Shown here piece after piece: positions 7,243 to 15,701 of a stretch of DNA of 57,224 nt. The first letter of the stretch is position 1. Each line of letters begins with the position of its first letter. Both the position numbers and the translations under genes were made by a program. Source of the DNA: a virus (Duplodnaviria; Caudoviricetes); the IMG/VR virus record IMGVR_UViG_3300027365_000015, positions 1-57,224 of that record; one strand, 5' to 3'. Under the pieces are notes generated by a model. It was not told the origin of the DNA and did not search any database. It saw only the letters and a list, made by a program, of their open reading frames with translations.

Positions 7243-9740
7243 ATGGAGTACCGAGAATTTCTGGAAGGCAAGATCAAGCTGTCGGAGATGCACGGCTTCG
7301 GCTGCGAGCCCGACGAGATCAACCCGATACTCAAGCCTCACCAGCGTGACATCGTGCAATGGGCCGTGCGTGGCGGGAAGCGCGCCATCTTCGCCGCTTT
7401 CGGCCTGGGAAAGTCGGTCATTCAGATCGAGACGCTACGGATCCTTGGCGAGAAGCTGGGCGGAGGCAAGCTGCTGATCGTCTGCCCCTGGGCGTTCGCC
7501 AGGAGTTCAAGCGCGACGGCCGCATGCTCGATGTCGAGTTTGATTTCATCCGCACCAATGCCGAGATCGACGGTCCCGGCTTCTACCTGACCAATTACGA
7601 ATCGGTCAGGGACGGCAAACTCGATCCCAACTTGTTCGATGCGGTGAGCCTCGACGAAGCCTCGGTGCTGCGCAGCTTCGGCAGCAAGACCTACCAGACC
7701 TTCCTGACGCTGTTCGACCGGGTGCCGTTCAAGTTTGTGGCCACCGCCACGCCCTCGCCGAACCGCTATAAGGAGCTGATTCACTACGCCGGCTTCCTTG
7801 GGATCATGGATACCGGCCAGGCGCTGACCCGGTTTTTCCAGCGCGACAGCCAGAAGGCCAACAACCTCACGCTCTACAAGCACAAGGAGCGTGAGTTCTG
7901 GCTGTGGCTCAACTCCTGGTCGGTGTTCGTGCAGCGCCCATCAGACCTCGGCCACGACGACACCGGCTACGACCTGCCGCCGATGAAGGTGTTCTACCAC
8001 GAGGTGCCGGTGGACTACAGCGAGGCCGGTACCGACAACTGGGGCCAGGGCATGTTGTTCCAGGATGCAGCCCTGAGCCTTCAGGACGCCAGCCGCGAGA
8101 AGCGCGACAGCCTCGACGGCCGTGTCGCCAAGATGCGCGAGATCCTCGACGCCAATCCAGGCGACAGCTTTCTTCTTTGGCATGACCTCGAGGCCGAACG
8201 CCATGCCATTCAGAAAGCGGTACCCGAATCGAAAGCCGTCTACGGCTCGCAGGACCTGGAAGACCGCGAGCAGCGCATCATCGACTTCTCCGACGGCAAG
8301 TTCCAATACCTCAGCGCCAAGCCGGTGATCGCCGGCTCGGGCTGCAACTTCCAGCGCCATTGCCACAAGGCGATCTTTGTCGGCGTGGGGTACAAGTTCA
8401 ACGATTTCATTCAAGCCGTGCACAGGGTCTACCGCTTCCTGCAAACCGAGCAGGTGGAGATTCACATCATCTATGCCGAGAGCGAGCAGGAGATCCTGGC
8501 CGCGCTCAAGCAGAAGTGGATTCAGCACGACGACATGGTGAGCAAGATGACCGAGATCATTAAGCAGCATGGGCTGGGCAGCCTGAGCATGGCCGACATT
8601 CTGAAGCGCTCCATCGGAACCGAGCGCATCGAGGCCAGCGGCGAGCACTTCACCGTGGCCAACAACGACTGCGTGGAGGAGTGCCGGCTGATGGAGGAGA
8701 ACAGCGTGGACCTGATCCACACCTCCATCCCGTTCAGCAACCACTATGAGTACACGCCGAGCTACAACGACTTCGGCCACACCGATGACAATGACCACTT
8801 CTGGGCGCAGATGGACTTCCTCGCCCCGGAGCTTTTGCGCGTGCTCAAGCCCGGCCGCATCGCCGCGATTCACGTCAAGGACCGGATCCTGTTCGGCAAC
8901 GTCACTGGCGCCGGCGCGCCCACGGTCAGTCCCTTCCACGCCGAGTGCATCTTCCACTATCGCAAGCACGGCTTCGACTACATGGGCATGATCACGGTCG
9001 TGACCGATGTGGTGAGGGAGAACAACCAGACCTATCGCCTCGGCTGGTCCGAGCAGTGCAAGGACGGCACTAAGATGGGCGTCGGTTCGCCGGAATACAT
9101 CATCATCTTGCGCAAACCCCAGACCGATCGCTCCAAGGGCTATGCCGACGAGCGCGTCACCAAATCGAAGGAGGAGTACAGCCGGGCGCAATGGCAGGTG
9201 GACGCTCACGCCTTCTGGCGCTCAAGCGGCAACCGCATGCTCTCCCCGGAGGAGATGGCTCAGCTCGGCCCCGACCAGCTTGCCAAGATGTTCACCACCT
9301 ACAGCCTGCACAACGTCTACGACTACGAATCGCATGTGCGGATAGGCGAGGAGTTGGATAGCCGCGGAGCGCTGCCCTCGACCTTCATGAGCCTGGCCCC
9401 GGGCAGCAGCCATCCGGACGTCTGGCATGACGTGAACCGCATGCTGACCCTCAACGGCAGCCAGACGCAGCGAGGTCTTCAGAACCACGTTTGCCCGCTT
9501 CAGTTCGACATCGTGGACCGCATCATCAACCGCTATTCCAACCCAGGCGAAACGGTCTTCGATCCGTTCGGCGGATTGTTCACCGTGCCGTATCGGGCCA
9601 TCAAGCTCGGCCGCAAGGGGCGGGCCAGCGAGTTGAATCCCAGCTACTTCATGGATGGCGTGCGGTACCTCGAGGCGGCAGAGCGCGAGGTCTCGATGCC
9701 CTCCTTGTTCGACACCCTGGAAGACGAAGAAGCCGCCTAG
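7243..9740 (+). pseudogene. SNF2-like helicase / N6-N4 DNA methyltransferase fusion with a 1-nt frameshift
   Basis: GLGKS Walker A in one frame; LDEAS, TATPSPN, SIPF and FDPFGG in another; frames join if CCCC at 7485-7488 had one more C (LIVCPLGVRQEF). Confidence 0.8.
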
Positions 9741-9767
9741 CCAGGCGGCATTTTTATGGAGAGCCCT

Positions 9768-10181
9768 ATGGCGCGTAGCAAGCACAAGCGCAAGGTGAGC
9801 GGGAAGAAACACAAGATCTATCAGGACCGGTCTCGCCGCCTGGCCAGCCTGCTGGTCTGGCATGGCGTCGGTCACCCAGGCGATGACGATGATTATGTCG
9901 GCGGCATCCGCTGGCCGCGCCACCTGCTCAGCGCGCAAGACGTTGACCGAATCACCAGGTGGGCACTGGCGACACCCAACCGTTGGTGGTGCAGGGCCAC
10001 GGTCATGTGCGTGGCCGATGACGGCACCAGCTACCAGGAGGCGGCCGAGTCCGAAACATTGCAGGCTTGCGTGGCCAACGAGGTCAGCCACTGGCGCATG
10101 GGGCTCATGGAAGACGCCAAGGCACGCTGCAACCCTAGGCATATCATCGCCGAGAAATTCGAGACGGGAGTCATCGCATGA
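9768..10181 (+). CDS. Hypothetical protein
   Basis: GGAG RBS; basic N-terminus. Confidence 0.65.
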   Translation: MARSKHKRKVSGKKHKIYQDRSRRLASLLVWHGVGHPGDDDDYVGGIRWPRHLLSAQDVDRITRWALATPNRWWCRATVMCVADDGTSYQEAAESETLQACVANEVSHWRMGLMEDAKARCNPRHIIAEKFETGVIA

Positions 10182-10519
10182 ACACATCTGCACCGGTCGC
10201 CCCGGCCGACACGATCAAGGACACCATGAAGCGCGCCGGCTGCCCGCTCTCCATCGATCAACAGATGGTGCTCGCCGGCAGCCTGGCCGTCTACGACGAG
10301 AAGGACCACATCCAGGACCAGCTGTGCGCCCGGATCGAGGAGCTGCAGGCGGACAAGGATGAGCTGATACGGCAGCTCGACCAGGTCGAAGCCGAGAACG
10401 CCCGCATGCGCGACGCCATCCGGCGCGCCAGGATCTATGCCGGTGACAACCTGCCGGCGGCGCCTGGCCTGACGGTAGTGGGCATGCTCGAAGATGCACT
10501 GAGGGAGGGCGCGAGATGA
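10178..10519 (+). CDS. Hypothetical coiled-coil protein
   Basis: ATGA coupling. Confidence 0.65.
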   Translation: MNTSAPVAPADTIKDTMKRAGCPLSIDQQMVLAGSLAVYDEKDHIQDQLCARIEELQADKDELIRQLDQVEAENARMRDAIRRARIYAGDNLPAAPGLTVVGMLEDALREGAR

Positions 10520-11127
10520 CCCAGGACAACGGGATGGATGCCAGCCCCAGCTGGCAGGAGCTGCAAGCCGAGAACGCCAGGCTGAGGGATGCGCTGGACC
10601 ACATCCAGCGAACGGCTGACAACAGTCGCACGATGACAAGGCGCCTCGCCTTCATCTCCGAGCGCGCCTCCATGGCGCTGAACGGAGAGGCATACGAAAC
10701 CGGCGCCATCGATCTTCCCAAGCAGCGCACCCCGACGCCGGCGCAATGGGAGTTGCGCTACCGGCACCTGAAGAAAGAGCGGGACGGCTTGGCGGCGCGC
10801 TATACCGCACTGGCCGATGAGGTTCGCACCTTGATTCAGGATTCTGACGGCCTTGCCGGCTACCACCTCAACGGCGAAGTGGCTTGCTGGAGCGAGCTGG
10901 AGGCCGGGCACCTCCTGGGCGAGCCAGACGATGCCGGAGCGTCCTGCCTGCATCGCCATGACACCGCATTTCTAGGTGACTTGGCCATGCAGCTGGATCA
11001 AGAGGGTGACGAGCTTCTGAAAGACGAATGCTCGCGAGCCAGAGGAAGGGCCAGAAAGTCCGCCGCCACCGTCCTGGCGAACGTGGTCAATAAGCGCCTG
11101 ACAGAGGAGGGCCAAGATGGCGAATAA
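10516..11127 (+). CDS. Hypothetical protein
   Basis: ATGA coupling; GLAGYHLNGEVA-W-EL phage motif. Confidence 0.65.
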   Translation: MTQDNGMDASPSWQELQAENARLRDALDHIQRTADNSRTMTRRLAFISERASMALNGEAYETGAIDLPKQRTPTPAQWELRYRHLKKERDGLAARYTALADEVRTLIQDSDGLAGYHLNGEVACWSELEAGHLLGEPDDAGASCLHRHDTAFLGDLAMQLDQEGDELLKDECSRARGRARKSAATVLANVVNKRLTEEGQDGE

Positions 11128-11302
11128 TCGACTGCTCCCCCTGCCGGAACTGGAAAAGAAGGTGGGCTTCAAGCACGCGAAGATCTACCGCCTGATTCGC
11201 TCCGGCGAGTTTCCGACCGGCAAGATGATCCAGGGCAAGCGCCTCTGGCTTGAGCGCGAGATAGACGAGTGGATCGAGCGTCAGTGGGCTTCCGCTTCCT
11301 GA
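11117..11302 (+). CDS. AlpA-family excisionase/regulator
   Basis: LL.LPEL..KVG.....IYRLI..GEFP...W..EIDEWI; convergent with the integrase. Confidence 0.9.
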   Translation: MANNRLLPLPELEKKVGFKHAKIYRLIRSGEFPTGKMIQGKRLWLEREIDEWIERQWASAS

Positions 11303-12477
11303 CCTCGCAGGCTATCCACGTAATCCCCCCACCACTGCAGCATCTCCCGCCGCTCCTTCATGTACTTCGCGTGGTTGTAAGAGCCCCGCGTCCTGTCCTT
11401 CGGCACGTGCGCCAGCTGCCGCTCGATGGCATCCTCGCGCCACCCGTACTCGTTCATCAGCGTGGACGCGGTGGCGCGGAAGCCGTGGGTGGCGAAGGCC
11501 CCTCCCCCGAACCCCATCCGAGTCAGCGCGGTGTTGATCGTCGTGTGATGAATCGGCTTGTTGGGGTGCTTCATCCCGGGCACCATCAGTTCCCCGCCGC
11601 CCGAATACGTCTTCAGCTCCTCCAATACCCTTATCGCCTGGCTCGACAGCGGTACCGCATGGTCGCGCTTGCGCTTCATGTTCTGGCGCGGAATGCGCCA
11701 GATCTTCGCCTCGAAGTCCACGTCCTCCCAGCGACCGCGGCGCATTTCCACCCCGCGCACCATGGTGAACAACAACAGCTCGATGGCCAGCTGCGTGCTC
11801 CGGTACCCGCCATAGATCGGGATCTGCCCCAGCAGGAATCGCAGTTGCTTCTCGGTGAGCGCTACGGCGTGCTTGACCTCGCCGCGGGTCACCGCGCCCT
11901 TGACGTGCTCGGCCGGGTCATCCTTGGCGCGCAGAGTCAGGATCGCGAAGCGGAAGATGTTGCTGATCCACATGCGCACGTTGATGGCGATGGTCGGCGC
12001 CCCGCGCTTCTCGATGCGCCGCATGATCTCCAGGATCTCCGGCGCTGTGACATCGCGCAGCGCCAGCCGGCCCAGGGTCGGGAGTATCTCCTCGTCGAGC
12101 CCGTGGCGCACCTGGTCGCGGTAGTAGTCCGACCAGTTGGGCGAGCGCTCGACAAACCACTCCTCGGCAATGAGCCCGAAGGTGTTGTCCTGGTGCAGCT
12201 TCTCTTCGCGCTTCAGGCGCGCCTCCTCGTCCTTGGGATGGGCACCCTGGGCAATCAGCTTGCGCGCCCACTCGCGGCGCTCGCGGGCCTCTGCCAAGCT
12301 GGTGGAGGGGTACTCGCCGACGGTCCACATGGTCGGCTTGCCGTGGAGGCGATAACGCAGGCGCCAGTACTTGGCGCCGTTGGGCCTCACCTCGAGGCAC
12401 AGGCCGTGGGCGTCGGCGATACGATAGAGCTTCTCGCGGGGCTTGGCCTTGCGGGCCCTGGTGTCAGATAGCGGCAT
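11281..12477 (-). CDS. int: P4-like tyrosine integrase
   Basis: Arm-binding N-terminus (DAHGL.LEV.PNGAKYWRLRY); R...HGFR...LAH...Y catalytic residues. Confidence 0.97.
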   Translation of the reverse strand: MPLSDTRARKAKPREKLYRIADAHGLCLEVRPNGAKYWRLRYRLHGKPTMWTVGEYPSTSLAEARERREWARKLIAQGAHPKDEEARLKREEKLHQDNTFGLIAEEWFVERSPNWSDYYRDQVRHGLDEEILPTLGRLALRDVTAPEILEIMRRIEKRGAPTIAINVRMWISNIFRFAILTLRAKDDPAEHVKGAVTRGEVKHAVALTEKQLRFLLGQIPIYGGYRSTQLAIELLLFTMVRGVEMRRGRWEDVDFEAKIWRIPRQNMKRKRDHAVPLSSQAIRVLEELKTYSGGGELMVPGMKHPNKPIHHTTINTALTRMGFGGGAFATHGFRATASTLMNEYGWREDAIERQLAHVPKDRTRGSYNHAKYMKERREMLQWWGDYVDSLRGQEAEAH

Positions 12478-12480
12478 GGC

Positions 12481-12730
12481 GTGTGAGTAACGGTGGAGGT
12501 ACTCACAATCGTACTCACAAAAAGCGGAGATTGGGAAGGAAGAATAGAGAAAGGAGGAGAGGGAGAGGAGAGGTGCCCCGCCGCTGCGACGGGGCTTCGA
12601 ATCAGGGAGTAGAAAGCAGTACCGGGTGTTCGCTGTTATCGATCATCAGCACGTTTTTCAACTCAACCTCCTGATTTCATTAAGTGTCGAGTCGAAGTAG
12701 CTCCGATCTTACTCACAATCGTACTCACAA
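12481..12730. other. attP-like site with arm repeats and a trpG/pabA-like core
   Basis: TACTCACAATCGTACTCACAA at 12500-12520 and 12710-12730, inverted half at 12481-12489; IHF-like AATCAGGAGGTTG; core on - reads TTG AAA AAC GTG CTG ATG ATC GAT AAC. Confidence 0.8.
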
Positions 12731-12831
12731 CCGACATTTCAACCTCGAACGCGCCCTTGCGGGAAAACCCGATTGTAACGCGGGCGGCCGCCGCTGTCTC
12801 AGGGTGGCGACTCGCCCGCGGCCCACGGCAC

Positions 12832-13308
12832 TTAGGCGGCCTCGCTCGCCTCGACCCCCTGGGCGATCAGCTCAGATAGATCGTGGCGCGCTGCCTCGAT
12901 CCAGTGAATGCACTCCGACATGGCGTCCCCGGTGATATGCATCGCCTCGTCATCCGCATCATGGCAGGACGACTCGATAACCCTGAGCGCCGCCACCACG
13001 CAGCCGAGCCGGCAGCAGACGTAGTCGTCTAGCAACCGCTCGTGGTCGGAGACCGGCGAAGCGACCAGCGGCAGAGAGACGGAAACATCAGTCAGCAGCT
13101 CTCGGCTGGTCTGGGCTGGGTGGCCGTGGATCATCTTCGTTGCGACCACGATGGCCTCGATATGAAGGCCTAGCTGCCGAAGCGACATGTCGAGGATCGG
13201 ATGGTGCTCCCGGCCGTGAAGGCGGCGCGCGCCCTGAAGAAGTCGCGTTGCCGCATCGACGCGATTGGCAATGTCGGTCAGCCCTGCAGTATTAGCGGTC
13301 GTCTTCAT
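12832..13308 (-). CDS. Hypothetical protein
   Basis: Start MKTTAN, ATGA-coupled to ant. Confidence 0.6.
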   Translation of the reverse strand: MKTTANTAGLTDIANRVDAATRLLQGARRLHGREHHPILDMSLRQLGLHIEAIVVATKMIHGHPAQTSRELLTDVSVSLPLVASPVSDHERLLDDYVCCRLGCVVAALRVIESSCHDADDEAMHITGDAMSECIHWIEAARHDLSELIAQGVEASEAA

Positions 13309-14039
13309 GCTGCGTCCCCCCTCTCTTGCTCCCAGAGCTTCTGAAGGCGGATCAGGCCTTTGCCCGTCACCAGCGCCGTGATGTTCTCCTGCAAGCCTTT
13401 CTCGGGATGCTCCCAGTGCCCCACCTTCACATCCATCAGCCCGGATTCGATCTTCGACTGGTAGGGCTCGTTGCGGCGGTTGACCCAGCCATGATGGCGA
13501 AGAAAGGAAAACAGCCGCGTGCGGCCGGTGCCGATCGTCTTGGCGGCCTGTCCCACGGTGATGGCGTCGTGTGATATTTCGACCTGATTGGCGAACGCCA
13601 CCTTGGGCGCCGCCTCCTGCAGCGCCCTCTCCTGCCGCTCGAGGCGTTCGGCTTGATCGGCGGCCAGGCGAAGCGCCTCGGCCATGCTCTGAGGGAGCTG
13701 GGGTGCCGCCTCTTTGGCCCGACGCTCGCACTCGATGAAGTACTGGCGAGCCTGCTTGCCCTTCTCGTTGCGCTCGACCATGGACAGCTCCTTGGCCATG
13801 TCGAGAGAGAGGTGGTATTCGGTGCTTGGGCGGCCGCCAGAGCTTTCTCCCAGAACCGGGAGAAAGTCTTGCCCCTCGACGAATCCGTACTGCTGGATGC
13901 GATCTTGCATCCAGGTGGTGAACCGCTTACCCACCTCCAGGAAGTCGTGGAGATCGCGGGCGTTGACGGTCTCGATGGTCTGGCCGCCGATGGAAGCGGT
14001 GCCAATGGCGATGATGGCGGTGGTGGTGCTATTCTTCAT
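13305..14039 (-). CDS. ant: Antirepressor (AntA/AntB N-domain plus KilA-C)
   Basis: VNARDLH.FLEV...F..W...RI..YGF; MAKELSMVERNEKGKQARQYFI; EALRLAAD; VTGKG. Confidence 0.92.
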   Translation of the reverse strand: MKNSTTTAIIAIGTASIGGQTIETVNARDLHDFLEVGKRFTTWMQDRIQQYGFVEGQDFLPVLGESSGGRPSTEYHLSLDMAKELSMVERNEKGKQARQYFIECERRAKEAAPQLPQSMAEALRLAADQAERLERQERALQEAAPKVAFANQVEISHDAITVGQAAKTIGTGRTRLFSFLRHHGWVNRRNEPYQSKIESGLMDVKVGHWEHPEKGLQENITALVTGKGLIRLQKLWEQERGDAA

Positions 14040-14112
14040 GTCGTCACCTTTCGTGGAAGTTGGGTTGACAATCGAGGCCTCTGGGGTTGCCGCCCCGGGG
14101 GCTTCTTCTGTT

Positions 14113-14277
14113 TCACTTCTTGCCGCCTTTCCTTTCATTCTCCTGCTCCTGCTGACGCTGCGCTTCCAGGTAATGCACGATCTGAGAGTTTATTGACCTG
14201 TGCTCCTCACAGGCCCTCCCTTTGATCCATTCAGCCAGCTCCCATGGGATCCTGACTTGTGTCCTGTAGCTCTTCAT
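14113..14277 (-). CDS. Arc-like ribbon-helix-helix repressor (54 aa, not in the ORF track)
   Basis: MKSYRTQVRIPWELAEWIKGRACEEHRSINSQIVHYLE. Confidence 0.8.
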   Translation of the reverse strand: MKSYRTQVRIPWELAEWIKGRACEEHRSINSQIVHYLEAQRQQEQENERKGGKK

Positions 14278-14321
14278 TGTCGCCGTCTCCGTAGCTTTGC
14301 GTTGGTGGCGTCACTTTATTC

Positions 14322-14364
14322 AGTGACACATCTGTCACTATACTGCACTGCCTTGCAGTGTCAA
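14322..14364 (-). promoter_or_regulatory. Pant-like promoter and palindromic operator
   Basis: TTGACA-16-TATAGT on -; palindrome AGTGACA-catc-TGTCACT. Confidence 0.65.
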
Positions 14365-14373
14365 GCTAGTGAC

Positions 14374-14625
14374 ATGACAAAAGATACCTATCGATCCCAG
14401 TTCCGGCTGCCTTGGCCGCTCTATGAGCAGCTCAAGGCCGCCTCTGAAGAGAGCGGCCGCAGCTTGAACGCGGAGCTTGTCGCTCGGCTACAAGAAAGCT
14501 TCGACGAACCCCAGGAGGGCGGGGTTGTGCTGGACAAGGAGACGGAGGATCGTCTGCTGGCCAGGCTGCTCGCAAGAATAGCGGAGCGACGGATTCTAGA
14601 AGACCAGGGCGAGGACGAAAGGTAG
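14374..14625 (+). CDS. Arc/Mnt-family repressor
   Basis: QFRLP..L...LKAA.EESGRSLNAELVARL; divergent from arc-ant as in P22 immI. Confidence 0.88.
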   Translation: MTKDTYRSQFRLPWPLYEQLKAASEESGRSLNAELVARLQESFDEPQEGGVVLDKETEDRLLARLLARIAERRILEDQGEDER

Positions 14626-14689
14626 GCCCTCGCATACCTCCTGGCTATTGCGCTACCTTTGGCGAAGCAACTGGAACAAGGAAAATTGC

Positions 14690-15334
14690 ATGAGGGTCAT
14701 CGCCGTCACAGTCCTGGCCGCAGCCCTGGCGGGATGCGCCGGCGCCAAGTTCAAGCAGAACATGGAGACCTCTGGCGCGCGTCTGGACGAGCTCAGCCAG
14801 TACCAGCTCCGCAACGTCTCGCTGACCCCCTCCGACCATCCGCGAGCCGATCAGGCAATGTCTTATTGTGGCGGCGGCTTTGTCAGCGTCCGGGCAAACG
14901 TCCTCGAGAAGATGGAGGAGGAGCTTTCCGGTAGATCCACCAGCACCTCGCCCATCCTGGTGGCCAAGAGGAAAATGGAGGACGCCGAGGAGTGGCTGTC
15001 GAGCTGCGCTCAGCGTTACGGGGTGCTCATGTGGGCCATGATGGAGGGGCCAGGAACCGCCCAGCCCCTAAAGACCTCGGAGTGGCTGCGTCAGAATAGG
15101 AGCGCCCTTCTGAGTTTTCGGCTTGCATCAAGCAACCTCCGCCAACACCAGGCGAAGATGCGCGGCCTGCAGACCGCCATCGGCATGGGGCTCATGTCGG
15201 GCAGCTTGAACTACGGGAATCCACCCCGCTACCAGTACATCAACCCCTACATGCGCAGCGACGGCACCATGGTGGAAGGGCATCTTCGAACCACCCCAAA
15301 CGACTACTGCTTCGACAACCTGAACGGGTGCTGA
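14690..15334 (+). CDS. Moron lipoprotein
   Basis: Lipobox LAGC; C-terminal YMRSDGT.V.GH.R motif. Confidence 0.7.
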   Translation: MRVIAVTVLAAALAGCAGAKFKQNMETSGARLDELSQYQLRNVSLTPSDHPRADQAMSYCGGGFVSVRANVLEKMEEELSGRSTSTSPILVAKRKMEDAEEWLSSCAQRYGVLMWAMMEGPGTAQPLKTSEWLRQNRSALLSFRLASSNLRQHQAKMRGLQTAIGMGLMSGSLNYGNPPRYQYINPYMRSDGTMVEGHLRTTPNDYCFDNLNGC

Positions 15335-15335
15335 C

Positions 15336-15701
15336 ATGCCGCACCGCGTCGCCTACATGCTGCACTTCTCCGAGGAGGAGAAGCGGAAGATTCGTCGCCT
15401 CCACTCCCTGGAGCACTACCGCAAGCCGTGGGCGATCACGGCTGGCATCGGCACCACCCTCCTGGTGTTCGCCTCGCAAGGCGTGCTGTATGCCCAGCCT
15501 CATCTCTACCACTACATTGCGACCTACGGCTGCCTGCCGGCCGGGTTGGCGGCAGGCGTCGCGGCTTACCACCTGATTGCCCGCCATGTCGATCAGCAGC
15601 TACGGTGTCGCTGGGACCCGCTCTACTACCAGAGATCCGGGAGGTCGCTGGCGACCGTCGAGCTCCAGCGAGGGGAGCTCGAGGCTACCGACGAGCCCTG
15701 A
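15336..15701 (+). CDS. Two-TM membrane moron protein
   Basis: Two hydrophobic segments. Confidence 0.6.
   Translation: MPHRVAYMLHFSEEEKRKIRRLHSLEHYRKPWAITAGIGTTLLVFASQGVLYAQPHLYHYIATYGCLPAGLAAGVAAYHLIARHVDQQLRCRWDPLYYQRSGRSLATVELQRGELEATDEP

Noticed and set aside
7941-9209. Long antisense ORFs (also 11269-12471, 15897-17402, 23328-25103, 34573-36258, 42607-44811)
   Set aside because: Shadow frames opposite well-supported genes in high-GC DNA
12500-12730. TACTCACAA repeats as a mini-CRISPR array
   Set aside because: Paired 9-mers flanking a core fit integrase arm sites; no spacer periodicity and no cas genes
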